The notes below the pieces were generated by a model. The model did not search any database, was not told the origin of the DNA, and saw only the letters and a program-made list of their open reading frames with translations. A program made the translations under genes and the position numbers. Positions 27,272 through 37,497 of a stretch of 64,000 bases of DNA are shown here, piece by piece (position 1 is the stretch's first letter; each line of letters opens with the position of its first letter). Source of the DNA: a virus; IMG/VR virus record IMGVR_UViG_3300016471_001035, positions 75,595 to 139,594 of that record; one strand, written 5' to 3'.

Positions 27272-28104
27272 TGTCATTTTATTTAAACTTTACAGCTCCA
27301 ACTACCAAAAAAAGTTTAAGATTAAAAGAGCTTAACTTTTTACAATACAAGACTCTTAATAAATTTTTAATTAATAACAATAATACACATATTGCAGAAT
27401 ATTTTGATCAGATTTTAAAAGAATGTATTTTAGACGAAGCCACAGAACTTACTAACTTTGATAAGTTTTGTGCTCTTTTTCTACTAAGATGTACTTGCGT
27501 TTCACCAGATATAGAATTTTACATAGGTACAAACACTCAAAAAACATCCTTATTAAATTTTCTTAAAGATTGCTTAGACTTTGATACTGAGTTTAATAGA
27601 AAAATTTCTATTGACAAAAGTATAGAATTACAATTATCGTTACCAAAAAATTTAAACTTTGAAACAACTTTCGATGCATTGCATGATTGTATAACAGGGG
27701 TGATTTATGAAGGAAAAAAATTAATTTACAGAAATGTAAATGAACTTATTGAAGTTCTACCAGCAGGTATTACCACTCACTTAAAGGATTTTAGCGATGA
27801 TTTAGAAAAAAGTTTTAAAAAGCTAATCTTTAAAGTAGGAGTCAAAGAATCAGAACAATTCTCTATTTCTCCTTTTAATTTGTCTTTATTAGAAGTTTTA
27901 AAAGCTTTATTTAGCTCTAATTTAAAAAATATTTTAGAACTGCAATATCTACTTGTAAGCAAATGTAGATACAACCCAGATTACATTGATAAGAGTACAT
28001 TAATGGAGAACCTAATTTTAGTCAACATATACGAAACAGAAGTTAAAGCTATAAACGAAGAGCAAGATAAAGCATTGGAGAAAACCAAGCCTGGTAATAA
28101 ATAG
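27271..28104 (+). CDS. Baseplate hub assembly protein (gp26-like, possible gp51-like C-terminus)
   Basis: PTTKKSLRLKEL, FDKFCALFLLRCTCV, LSLP; C-terminal QYLLVSKCRYNPDYID resembles gp51. Confidence 0.55.
   Translation: MSFYLNFTAPTTKKSLRLKELNFLQYKTLNKFLINNNNTHIAEYFDQILKECILDEATELTNFDKFCALFLLRCTCVSPDIEFYIGTNTQKTSLLNFLKDCLDFDTEFNRKISIDKSIELQLSLPKNLNFETTFDALHDCITGVIYEGKKLIYRNVNELIEVLPAGITTHLKDFSDDLEKSFKKLIFKVGVKESEQFSISPFNLSLLEVLKALFSSNLKNILELQYLLVSKCRYNPDYIDKSTLMENLILVNIYETEVKAINEEQDKALEKTKPGNK
28098..28103 (+). promoter_or_regulatory. T4-type late promoter core
   Basis: TAAATA-N5-ATG(28109). Confidence 0.65.
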
Positions 28105-28108
28105 GTTT

Positions 28109-28861
28109 ATGGATAACTTTTCTAGTGCATTAAATTCTTTAGAAAGCCTGACAAAAGCATACGATATTTTTGTCCCCTCTTTAAACAAAAAAGTTAAATT
28201 TAAAGGCTTAACAACAAAGCAACAAAAAGACGCAGTAAAAACCGCGTTAGATAAGAACATTACAGGCTTAACATTCTCTAATCTTTTAAACAAAATAATT
28301 TCTGAAAATTCATTAGAAAAAAATGTATATCTACTAACTGATAGAAATTACATTGTAACTGCTTTGAGAGTTTTATCTTTATCAACAAAAGTCACGGTTG
28401 AAGAAGAAGAAAAGGATATATCGTTTGTAACTAATTTTAACTTGCCTCTTCCTGAGGAATTAAAAAAATTAGATATTTCTGACGATAACGTTTTAATTTC
28501 AGTATCGATACCAACTCTTGAAAAAGATACGTTTGTAAACAATGAAACAAGAAAAAAGCTCGCTCCCTTACCAGATGACGATAATTTCGCTAAAGAGTCT
28601 TTAGGTGAAGTTTATGTAAATGAGCTCATAAAATATTTAGACAAAGTTTCAGTTACTGCGGGAGGCAACGTTAACGTTATAGTAATGAATGACCTAACAT
28701 TTGACCAAAAGACGCAGCTAGTAGAAAAGCTTCCATTAAATATTAATACTAAATTAGTAAATTACATTAATAATGTAAAAGCGTTTGAAAAGAAATACTT
28801 TACATCACCTTCCGGCGAAGAATTAGACATTAATATAGACCCCACTCTTTTCACTGTCTAA
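28109..28861 (+). CDS. Baseplate hub assembly protein (gp26-like)
   Basis: VPSLNKKVKFKGLTTKQQK, DRNYIVTALRVLS, SIPTL. Confidence 0.65.
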   Translation: MDNFSSALNSLESLTKAYDIFVPSLNKKVKFKGLTTKQQKDAVKTALDKNITGLTFSNLLNKIISENSLEKNVYLLTDRNYIVTALRVLSLSTKVTVEEEEKDISFVTNFNLPLPEELKKLDISDDNVLISVSIPTLEKDTFVNNETRKKLAPLPDDDNFAKESLGEVYVNELIKYLDKVSVTAGGNVNVIVMNDLTFDQKTQLVEKLPLNINTKLVNYINNVKAFEKKYFTSPSGEELDINIDPTLFTV

Positions 28862-28875
28862 ATTAATATTTTAAT

Positions 28876-28881
28876 TAAATA
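28876..28881 (+). promoter_or_regulatory. T4-type late promoter core
   Basis: TAAATA-N6-ATG(28888). Confidence 0.65.
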
Positions 28882-28887
28882 TTAATA

Positions 28888-30813
28888 ATGAAAGATGACG
28901 GAACGTCTTCAATGATAGGCGACTCCTCCTCCGTACAAGAACAATTAACAACTATTATTGGGCTTTTAACTAAAAAGGCAGCCACAGAAGAAGCATTAAA
29001 GCCAGGAATATTAAAAAACCTACAGGACAGTCTATTCCCAGAGCAAAAAAGCGAGAGATCATCATTTAGAAGACTAAAACAAAAGCAAAAAACATATCAG
29101 GGGATACCTATTGCAATTGATTCAATTACTCCTGAAGGCAGGAGAGATATTAAAAGAGCATTTTCAAATGTAATATCTTTTGAGGTAGACTATGAAAAGC
29201 CAAATGTTAAAAGCGGTCCTTGGGCAAAATTTTTCTTCTTTTTAGCTTTATTATTTGGAATACTTGTAGGTGCAATTACTCAAATTATTAAAGATGTAAG
29301 AGGTTTATTTAGAATAATAAAAACTAAATTTAAAAATCTCTTTACTTTTTTAGGTAAAACTAAAATAGGTCAGTTTATAACAAAACTTTTTAATGGTATT
29401 AAAAGTAAATTTTTAAATGCAATAAAATTTATTAAAAACAATTCAATAGTAAAAGCAATATCCGGGTTTTTTACTAACATAAAAAATAATCTTTTAAATA
29501 AATTTAAAAAAATTACAGATTTAGCTAGTAAGCTTTTTAAAACAATAAGCGCTAGAGTAATAGCGTTTTTTAATACAGTAAAAAATATTGTTGTAAAAAT
29601 AAGAAATTTTTTTAAGCCAATAACTGCTTTTTTAAGTAAATTTACTAAAATAGGTTCTGTTATAGGAAAAGCTGGTAAAATGTTTCAAGGATTTTTAGGT
29701 TTTTTTGGCAAACTATCAAAGTTTTTTGGTTTGGGGTTAAAATTAGGCAGGCTATTAGGTAAAGCTTTATTTCCTTTGTTTTTATTAATTGATACCGTAG
29801 GAGGATTATTTAAATCATTTAATGATCCAAAATTAAAAGATAAAAGCCTTTTTCAAAAAATTATTACAGGTCTTGTAGCAGGTATAGCTAAATTTTTTGA
29901 TATATTTGAAATATTTGGGTTAGAGCTATTTGGCTTTGATGAAATAAGAGATAGATTTGATAAAATATTTACAGCCTTTAAAGGTGGAATTATAAATGGT
30001 ATTTTAGAATGGTTTAATCAAATTCAATCGTATGCCATAGGGTTAATTGGTAAAGTTATTGGTTGGATAGTTGGGTGGTTTAATAAAGATGCCGGTAAAG
30101 CTATAACAGAATGGTCTAAAAATTTTGATTTAGGTAAATTTATAATAGAAACTGTAGGAGCAGTAGTAAAATGGTTTAAAAAAATATTTAATTTTATAGG
30201 CGGTATTAAAGACACAGTTGCTAGCGCTTATGGGAAGATAAAAGAATTTGCTACCGGTCTTTACGATAAAATTATAGGATTTGTAAAAAACGTAGTAGAC
30301 GCTATTGCTAATATTTTTAACATTAAAAAAATTAAAGATTGGATAAAAGACAAATTAGGGTTTGGCCCTACAGAAAAACAAGTTGAAATTAAATCACCCA
30401 CACCTGTTGGAGACATAGTTGATACTAGTGATAGGACTATTTTTTCAAAACGAGGTTCTTATTCATTAGATAAAAACGATGAAATTCTTGCTATGAAAAA
30501 GGGCGGACCTATAGCAGAAATTATGTTAAATAACACAAGAGGGTCGTTAGATGCTCTTAAAAATTTAAATGATACTGCTAAAAAAATTAATGAAGCTGTT
30601 GATAGATTTGCAAAATCAGCAAATTCTATGCAAGATAGAGAGATAAAGCTTATGCAAGAAAATCTTATACTGTTAAAAGACCTAAAAGATAAGAATAATT
30701 CATCTAATGTAGTAGTGCAAAACAATTCAAATAGTAATGTATTTAGTGAAAAAACTAGCTCGAATATTGATATGAGAAAAGACCTGGCTTTAAGGAGTAG
30801 CTTTCCTTTTTAA
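28888..30813 (+). CDS. Probable tape measure protein
   Basis: 641 aa, periodic F/W amphipathic helices, hydrophobic segments, NVVVQNNSN tail; between hub and baseplate genes. Confidence 0.7.
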   Translation: MKDDGTSSMIGDSSSVQEQLTTIIGLLTKKAATEEALKPGILKNLQDSLFPEQKSERSSFRRLKQKQKTYQGIPIAIDSITPEGRRDIKRAFSNVISFEVDYEKPNVKSGPWAKFFFFLALLFGILVGAITQIIKDVRGLFRIIKTKFKNLFTFLGKTKIGQFITKLFNGIKSKFLNAIKFIKNNSIVKAISGFFTNIKNNLLNKFKKITDLASKLFKTISARVIAFFNTVKNIVVKIRNFFKPITAFLSKFTKIGSVIGKAGKMFQGFLGFFGKLSKFFGLGLKLGRLLGKALFPLFLLIDTVGGLFKSFNDPKLKDKSLFQKIITGLVAGIAKFFDIFEIFGLELFGFDEIRDRFDKIFTAFKGGIINGILEWFNQIQSYAIGLIGKVIGWIVGWFNKDAGKAITEWSKNFDLGKFIIETVGAVVKWFKKIFNFIGGIKDTVASAYGKIKEFATGLYDKIIGFVKNVVDAIANIFNIKKIKDWIKDKLGFGPTEKQVEIKSPTPVGDIVDTSDRTIFSKRGSYSLDKNDEILAMKKGGPIAEIMLNNTRGSLDALKNLNDTAKKINEAVDRFAKSANSMQDREIKLMQENLILLKDLKDKNNSSNVVVQNNSNSNVFSEKTSSNIDMRKDLALRSSFPF

Positions 30814-30816
30814 TTT

Positions 30817-32100
30817 ATGAATCATGTATTTTCAATAAGCAGATCTACCTCGTTAAATAGCTTTAAGCAAAGCAACACGGTAGACGTTGAACCGCCTTTA
30901 CTAGTTTCTCCTCAAAATACCCCTTTAGGGTCTGGTATAGGTAAAAGCACTGCTACACCTCAAGGCAATATAGTCAACGTGGTAAGAGATTTTTATTGGA
31001 CACATTCAAAATTAGTTGGGTCAAGAAAAGAAGTACCTAGAATTATATTATCTGAAAAAAGACTAAAAGCTAATGCATTAATTTCGCAGCTAAAATATGC
31101 TTTTGGTGTTAGTTCAGCCGCGGTAGGTGAATTTGTTAATAATTTACCTGAAAACATAAAATCACCGCTACAAACTTTTGGAAAAAAATTAGCTGAATCA
31201 CAAACTGGGCAAGCAACAACCGATTTTGTTAATAGAATTAATGAGGGGCTTAATATAGATGATGATAATAATGTTTATAAACAAAATCCGTTTTTATCTC
31301 CTTATCAAAACCTCTATATAACTGAACCTACAGGTTGGGAGTTTATATTACCCTACTTTGATAATTACAATAATGCGGCTGCAAACGCATTTACTGAAGA
31401 TATGGGCGGAGCTTCCGGTTTAAGCTTTTTAAAAGAAGGTGTTGATTTAGTCACAGGGTTTGCACAGATGGCAAGCGTCTTAAGAGCTCCCACACAAGTA
31501 ACATTTGTAGAAAAAGCAAAATTTTATAATTATCCCACAGAGGGTGAAGAATTTACTTTTGGATTTCCTCTAATAAACACCGGGTCTGCGACATTTGATG
31601 ATGTCGTACGCAATTGGGAATTATTATTTTTATTACTTTATAATAATAAACCGTCAAGAAAAAATGTATCTGTAATAGACCCTCCTGTTATTTATCAAGT
31701 AGAAATACCAGGGGTAAAGTTCCTACCTTTCTGCTACATTCAAAGCATTGCAGTCGATTTTCAAGGCTCGAGGCGCGAAATAGATTTTAACCTACAATTA
31801 GTTGACAACATAAATGTTGATGCGTCAACCCCAAATCTGCAAAATGGACCAGTAAGGCCCGGTGAGCAGCTATCAGAAAATGTTGTAAGGTTCTTTAATA
31901 ATCAAATAACTAACAGGTCTGTTAGTACTATAGTTCCGGATGCATACAATATAAAAATAACTGTAAAAAGCTTATTACCAGAGACTAAGAATTTTATGTA
32001 TACTGTTTTAAACAAAAATAATATAGTTTCAGCGAGAACTCTTGGAGCTGAAGCCGAAGGTACTCTAAATCCAATAGTAAATCCCACTGGTGGACCGTAA
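30817..32100 (+). CDS. Baseplate/tail-tube initiator-like protein (gp48-like)
   Basis: FILPYF, FTFGFPL, PPVIYQVEIPG, CYIQSIAVDF; position after tape measure. Confidence 0.55.
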   Translation: MNHVFSISRSTSLNSFKQSNTVDVEPPLLVSPQNTPLGSGIGKSTATPQGNIVNVVRDFYWTHSKLVGSRKEVPRIILSEKRLKANALISQLKYAFGVSSAAVGEFVNNLPENIKSPLQTFGKKLAESQTGQATTDFVNRINEGLNIDDDNNVYKQNPFLSPYQNLYITEPTGWEFILPYFDNYNNAAANAFTEDMGGASGLSFLKEGVDLVTGFAQMASVLRAPTQVTFVEKAKFYNYPTEGEEFTFGFPLINTGSATFDDVVRNWELLFLLLYNNKPSRKNVSVIDPPVIYQVEIPGVKFLPFCYIQSIAVDFQGSRREIDFNLQLVDNINVDASTPNLQNGPVRPGEQLSENVVRFFNNQITNRSVSTIVPDAYNIKITVKSLLPETKNFMYTVLNKNNIVSARTLGAEAEGTLNPIVNPTGGP

Positions 32101-32109
32101 GTTGTCTAA

Positions 32110-32115
32110 TAAGTA
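32110..32115 (+). promoter_or_regulatory. Variant late promoter core
   Basis: TAAGTA-N5-ATG(32121). Confidence 0.5.
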
Positions 32116-32120
32116 TTTTT

Positions 32121-32483
32121 ATGGAAGGTGAATACCAGAGCGATATTAACGAACTACCTTTTTTAAAAAGTTACAGATATGAAAATATCTTTAAAATCTA
32201 TAAAAACGGTGACGATCAATACTACTATAACTTACTACAAAGCGTTTTTTTACCCGACAAAATAGATGAAGATTATGTATATTATCAATTAGTTACTAAA
32301 ACTATGCCTTGGACTATCGTAAGTTTTAACGCTTATAAAACTATAGAACTTTGGTGGCTGGTTTGCTTAGCAAACAAAATCTACAATCCAATTGTGTTAC
32401 CTAAAGAAAATCAATTACTTAAAATAATAAGACCACAATTTGTACCTAATGTTGTTAACGAAATTACTCAAGCGTTGAGATAA
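32121..32483 (+). CDS. gp53: Baseplate wedge protein (T4 gp53-like, LysM-like)
   Basis: VSFNAYKTIELWWLVCLANKIYNP...LKI. Confidence 0.8.
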   Translation: MEGEYQSDINELPFLKSYRYENIFKIYKNGDDQYYYNLLQSVFLPDKIDEDYVYYQLVTKTMPWTIVSFNAYKTIELWWLVCLANKIYNPIVLPKENQLLKIIRPQFVPNVVNEITQALR

Positions 32484-32487
32484 TATT

Positions 32488-34119
32488 ATGGCTACAGCTA
32501 TTACACCAGAAATTGCATCAGGAAAAGTACCTCCTCTGGGGTCAGAGAAGCGCACAACTAACATAATAAATAATAATCCATACAAATTTAATGTAAGTCT
32601 TATTACAGCAGACGGAAGATATCAAGAGCTTAGAATAGGTGCTATAAATTCGTTAGTTATAGAAGACACCTTTACAAATTTCTACCATAAAGGCTACATT
32701 ATACTGAATAATACCTTTGATGCATTAGAGAGAATTGTAGAGATGGAGAAACCAAGAGATCAATCGTCTGGTAATTCAGCTAATTCTGTCTCAAAGCAAA
32801 AAGGGTTTTTAATGAGAGGAGATTCACGAGATTTATTAGTCGTAGATATAATGCCTATATTTGATGACGATAAAGATAGTGTTGATACATCTATGAATGA
32901 CGAAGATGCAAACAAAGCATTTTTAATTTCAATAGTTTTTAGTATTTACAACACTGAAGAAGTTATAGGTTCATCACCCGGGCAAAAGTTTAAAAAACTG
33001 TATTTTTGGGACATGCACTATGAGCTTTTAAGAGAGAAAAACTCTTACTTCTCCACTGCTAAAAGCTTTAAAGAAGGTACTCTGGTAACATCTTTAGATG
33101 ATAGCGAAAGAGCTCTATATACCGGAGATGCAATAAAAGAGTTTTTACTAGATTTCTTTAAAGAAGAAGATGGTTGGCCTATTAAAATAGATGAAGAGCA
33201 TTTTGATCAGGGGTCTACTAAGGTATTTTTTTCAGCTCCCGCGAGATTTAAAGGAATAGATTGTTTAGAATACTTAACTAACAGACATACTTCAAGTATA
33301 AAAAACAACTTTGATCAAGCCTTTTTAAATATAGAAAGAAATACTTCATTATTTAGTTTTAAGAGTTTAGCCGATGTATACAAGACCGCTTTAAATAATA
33401 TTTCTAATAATAACGTAGTTTTAGGTAGTAGTTATTTAGAAACATTTAAACTAGGTGCTTATTCTGAAACATCTAATACAGAAGAAACAATGACTTTAGA
33501 AAGAGTAGATTTCACTCCCGCAGGTGCTCTATTTTTTGATAAATATGGAACTATAAACAATTTTTCCTATGACCCTCTTCCTGGTGAAATTACCCAACAC
33601 AATATTGCTCCTGTGCTAGTCCATAGCTACGATCATGACTGTAAACAATTTAATATAGATTTTGAACGCAATAGTATGCAATCTACACTGTCTACATTTA
33701 AAGAAAATTACGTAGATACATTTAAAAAAGCTAGTAAGACATTTAACAATGTTTATGAAAATGTATTTCCTGGTGAATATAGATTAAAAAATAAGAATGT
33801 AAGAAATGTGTTTACTATTATTAATGACCCTGATCAACGACTTTCGCAAGGAAGAAACAAAGTACTATACAATTCTATTTTTATGAATAGTACCATTACT
33901 TTTAAAGTGCCCGGCTCTACTCACCGTCAAGCCGGTCATTTCATAGGATTAAATTTTGACGGCGCTTCTAACTCTAGTGAATTTAATAAAAAACTGCTAG
34001 GTGTGTATTTTCTAATTAATGTAAAACATATATTTGAAGGTAATGAATATTTCAATGAAATCCGCGCAGTTAAAACCTACAATTACGAGGATTTACTACT
34101 AAATAAGGAGAGCAGATAA
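32488..34119 (+). CDS. Baseplate hub protein (gp27-like)
   Basis: C-terminal ITFKVPGSTHRQAGHFI...GVYFLINVKHIF is a hub-family pattern; follows gp53. Confidence 0.65.
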   Translation: MATAITPEIASGKVPPLGSEKRTTNIINNNPYKFNVSLITADGRYQELRIGAINSLVIEDTFTNFYHKGYIILNNTFDALERIVEMEKPRDQSSGNSANSVSKQKGFLMRGDSRDLLVVDIMPIFDDDKDSVDTSMNDEDANKAFLISIVFSIYNTEEVIGSSPGQKFKKLYFWDMHYELLREKNSYFSTAKSFKEGTLVTSLDDSERALYTGDAIKEFLLDFFKEEDGWPIKIDEEHFDQGSTKVFFSAPARFKGIDCLEYLTNRHTSSIKNNFDQAFLNIERNTSLFSFKSLADVYKTALNNISNNNVVLGSSYLETFKLGAYSETSNTEETMTLERVDFTPAGALFFDKYGTINNFSYDPLPGEITQHNIAPVLVHSYDHDCKQFNIDFERNSMQSTLSTFKENYVDTFKKASKTFNNVYENVFPGEYRLKNKNVRNVFTIINDPDQRLSQGRNKVLYNSIFMNSTITFKVPGSTHRQAGHFIGLNFDGASNSSEFNKKLLGVYFLINVKHIFEGNEYFNEIRAVKTYNYEDLLLNKESR

Positions 34120-34120
34120 T

Positions 34121-36502
34121 ATGGCAACTACATTTACAAGAGATACGGCGACATCTACTAGTACTATTTTAAACAAAGCTATAATGGGTATGGCTCTACC
34201 TCATGATCAAGCTAGAGATTACAGTACCTTTCTTCAGGTAATGGGTAGTAATGCAGAGCCTAACCCCGGTTTAGGCACTTCATCTAGTGTAGGCACGTTT
34301 AGTAGATCTGCAACGCCAACTGGAGGCGCACTAGTACCAAACAGTAGAGGTAAAGTTAATAGCGGTGCGCTTTATAACTTTCTAAAGCAAGAGATAGAAA
34401 ATTCTAAATTATTGGGGTTTGTTCCTAAAGACGGTAAGAAATACGGAATTGATGGATCCGGAGATTCTTATGCAGATTTCATGACTCAAACTGCTCAATG
34501 GGAATCGGGGTTTAGAGTAAATGCTAAAGGCGATGTTGGAAGATATAGGGGCGGTTCTAATGGTTTATTCCAGCTGTCACCTGACGACGCTCTTACGTAT
34601 AAAATTCAAAAAACACCTTTTACTATTCAACAGCTACAAGACCCGGCTTTAAACGCCAGGGTTGCTGTAAAGATATTAGAAGATAACGTATTGAGAGACG
34701 GTGTAATGGTAGGTCAATCAGGCCCAAGCACGTTTTTAGGGGCTTCAGCTTATTGGGGCCCTCACAGACCAAATAGACCTTCAGATCAACGTATAAAAAT
34801 AACTCCTGGTAAATTTATACCCGCTAGTACAGCTGCTAAAGATATAGAATCAGATACTGTACAAACGCTTAGTAGAATATCTACAGAATATAAGAGAACA
34901 TTAACGTCACCGGCGCCTGTAAATCAGCGTACTATATTTTTTACTAGTTTTGACGGTAAGGTAATATCAAATAATTTAGATAATAGACATGCGTTTGATT
35001 ACTTTAGGGCTTTTTCATCACAAGCAGAATCCATGTATGAATCTGTACCTAGTAGTTTATTTGATGAAGATTCCTTTTTAAGCCCCCCTAGCGATTCGCT
35101 AGGGTTTTTCTCAACAAATGTGTTTCCTAAGTTTACGCCAGGTGTTGCTCCTGCTTGGGATTTTAATAGCTTTGGAGCTATACAAGACAATAATGCTTTA
35201 ATTTTTTCAAAAGATACTTGGTCTACTAGCTATGGCGGACCTTACATGTTTGCTGGTAATAATGTTCAAAAAGTTTCAGATAACACTTACATGATGACTG
35301 TTGATATGAGTGATATAACTCAATCTCTGCATAATTATAATTTTCAAAATATAGTAAGAAAAAATCAGAGTAGTGATGTATTTGGTGGAGGAGATCAAAC
35401 CCAGTCTTCTCAACTAGTAGGAACTACTGATTTACCAAGCTACATAGATCATTACAATAATAAAAGCTATTACCTAGAAGATTTTAAAGGGCTTTTTCCT
35501 AATACTTTTGAGTATATATCATATTTTAACACAGTAAACGATAATCCTGGCTATAATCCCCGTGATTATAAGAGTAAAAATCTTGAAAAAATGGAAGATA
35601 TATATGCAGAACTCAATGTTGAGGGTCAAATTATAAAAGTCGACCTACTTTTAAAAAAATATAAGAAACCTGTTAGTAACAGAAGTATAAAAAGATCATT
35701 ATGTTTATGTGAAGGGTGTGGAGAAGCTAAAGATAACCAGGAAGGCGGCGAAACTCTAGATACAGCTACGATAAATAAAAGATTTCTAGAGCAAGGAACC
35801 ACAAGAGGCGGGTTAGAAAGTGCTAAAACAAAGGGTTTATTTAGTGCTAATAGAGGAGCATTAGAAAGTGCTAAAGTAAAGGGAATTTTAAATAGTAATC
35901 TCTCAATATTTGACAAAGCTGAAGATAAATTAGAACAGGCTAGAGAAGCTTTTTCACTACCTCAACAAAAAGTTGCAGAGTTACAAGCTAAAATAAGTCA
36001 GGTAGGTATTAATAATATTCCAGGACTACAGGATATTACTAGTCCTATTAATGATTTGTTGGGATCGGCGTCAGGGCTAACATCTATATTACAGACGCCT
36101 TTAAATCTTCCTAACATTCTACCCTCTGTTGACGCCGGTTCTTTCCCTCAAATTGCAGGATTGCTAATGAATACTAATTGGAAGAACTTGGATGTAGGTA
36201 GTACTGTAGAAATTGCAAAACAATTAAATACTATTTTATGCGATTTTAGATTACCAATTATAGGTAAAATAGAATGGGAAGATATTTTCGATATTGATAT
36301 TGAGGATTTTGATATTGGAGAAGAATTTGATAAGTTTATTCAAGGGTTTAAAAAGAAATTTGATAAACTCTTTACAGATCTGCAAGATAAATTTAAGAAT
36401 TTATTGCCTAATTTCTTTAAGAACTTAGAAAACTTCTTTAAAGACATATTTACTTGCGACGAAAAACCTAATGTTAAAGATTCAGATAAAAAAGTTAATT
36501 AA
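34121..36502 (+). CDS. Tail-associated protein with lytic transglycosylase (SLT/lysozyme-like) domain
   Basis: AQWESGF (catalytic Glu), SNGLFQLS, LQDPALNARVAVKIL; acidic helical C-terminus. Confidence 0.7.
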   Translation: MATTFTRDTATSTSTILNKAIMGMALPHDQARDYSTFLQVMGSNAEPNPGLGTSSSVGTFSRSATPTGGALVPNSRGKVNSGALYNFLKQEIENSKLLGFVPKDGKKYGIDGSGDSYADFMTQTAQWESGFRVNAKGDVGRYRGGSNGLFQLSPDDALTYKIQKTPFTIQQLQDPALNARVAVKILEDNVLRDGVMVGQSGPSTFLGASAYWGPHRPNRPSDQRIKITPGKFIPASTAAKDIESDTVQTLSRISTEYKRTLTSPAPVNQRTIFFTSFDGKVISNNLDNRHAFDYFRAFSSQAESMYESVPSSLFDEDSFLSPPSDSLGFFSTNVFPKFTPGVAPAWDFNSFGAIQDNNALIFSKDTWSTSYGGPYMFAGNNVQKVSDNTYMMTVDMSDITQSLHNYNFQNIVRKNQSSDVFGGGDQTQSSQLVGTTDLPSYIDHYNNKSYYLEDFKGLFPNTFEYISYFNTVNDNPGYNPRDYKSKNLEKMEDIYAELNVEGQIIKVDLLLKKYKKPVSNRSIKRSLCLCEGCGEAKDNQEGGETLDTATINKRFLEQGTTRGGLESAKTKGLFSANRGALESAKVKGILNSNLSIFDKAEDKLEQAREAFSLPQQKVAELQAKISQVGINNIPGLQDITSPINDLLGSASGLTSILQTPLNLPNILPSVDAGSFPQIAGLLMNTNWKNLDVGSTVEIAKQLNTILCDFRLPIIGKIEWEDIFDIDIEDFDIGEEFDKFIQGFKKKFDKLFTDLQDKFKNLLPNFFKNLENFFKDIFTCDEKPNVKDSDKKVN

Positions 36503-36963
36503 TTTATTACTTCAGAATCGATTATTTTTACGCTTTTGTTAGCATTATCAATTAACATTTTAAATACTTGTTCTCTAGTTGCTAGCAACCTTGCCTGGTT
36601 ATCAGATTCTTTTAATTCTTTTCTTGAATTAATATCCATTTCCTTAGCCTTCAACAAAGTTTCGTTTTTCTTATCAGTAACTATTATTTTATTAAGAGTT
36701 TCTATGGCAGTAGCTGTTGCAGCTATTAGTTCTGCAAGAGACCCTACATCTTTACTTTCTGGAGCAGATGAAATATAGTCCTTTACATTGGACATAACGT
36801 CTAAACTCTCTTCTACTAATCTACCAGCTTTTTCAACAACAAACTTTTCCATATTTTCTTTAGTTAGAGGATTAGCCTCTTTTTTAACTTGCTCTACTTG
36901 CTTATTGGCATCGCTAAGTTGTTCGAGTAGATCACCTACCATTTCATTAAGCTCTTCGCTCAC
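36499..36963 (-). CDS. Probable terminase small subunit (gp16-like)
   Basis: 154 aa helical; pattern ESLDVM...SAPESKDVGSLAELI...ATREQVFKML; TAAATA(36969-36974)-N5-GTG. Confidence 0.55.
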   Translation of the reverse strand: MSEELNEMVGDLLEQLSDANKQVEQVKKEANPLTKENMEKFVVEKAGRLVEESLDVMSNVKDYISSAPESKDVGSLAELIAATATAIETLNKIIVTDKKNETLLKAKEMDINSRKELKESDNQARLLATREQVFKMLIDNANKSVKIIDSEVIN

Positions 36964-36983
36964 AAAATTATTTATGTAAAATA

Positions 36984-37011
36984 TTGAATTTCTACAGTTA
37001 TAATATATAAT
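36984..37011 (+). promoter_or_regulatory. Sigma70-type promoter, start codon at predicted +1
   Basis: TTGAAT-N16-TATAAT-N6-ATG(37018). Confidence 0.75.
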
Positions 37012-37017
37012 TTAAGT

Positions 37018-37497
37018 ATGTATAATATTAATCCCTATTCTAATAGAGACATAGATCCAAATATACAGTTTATTCCTGTATTAAAGTTTGAGAAAACCCA
37101 TGAATTAGCTAAATTACCTTCCAAAAACCATGAATCTGATACAGGATATGACGTCTATTCAATTGAAAGTAAAGTAATACCTGCTAAATCTAGCGCTACA
37201 GTAGGCGTTGGATTAAAATTTGCTTATATTCCTGACGGCTATTGGGTAAAGGTAGAATCTAGAAGCGGTCTAGGGTTTAAGCACAGTATACTAGCTCATC
37301 CCGGTATTATAGATAGTGGTTATAGAGGTGATGCTGGGGTAAAACTGTACAATTTGTCTGATAAAGATTATGAAATTAAAGAAGGAGATAGAATAGCTCA
37401 ATTTGTCATATATTTTAATATTTCTATGCCAGTAGAATGGGGGGTCGCAGAAAAATCTGAAAGAGGTGAAAAGGGATTTGGATCATCCGGTAAGTAA
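37018..37497 (+). CDS. dut: Trimeric dUTPase
   Basis: GYDV, SRSGL, GIIDSGYRG, GDRIAQ, RGEKGFGSSG. Confidence 0.97.
   Translation: MYNINPYSNRDIDPNIQFIPVLKFEKTHELAKLPSKNHESDTGYDVYSIESKVIPAKSSATVGVGLKFAYIPDGYWVKVESRSGLGFKHSILAHPGIIDSGYRGDAGVKLYNLSDKDYEIKEGDRIAQFVIYFNISMPVEWGVAEKSERGEKGFGSSGK

Noticed and set aside
34104-34110. TAAGGAG before 34121 and AAGGAG before 13677 as Shine-Dalgarno sites
   Set aside because: Both lie inside upstream coding sequence at coupled junctions, 10 and 2 nt from the start. The 34104 site may function, so the 6195 SD is not claimed to be strictly unique.
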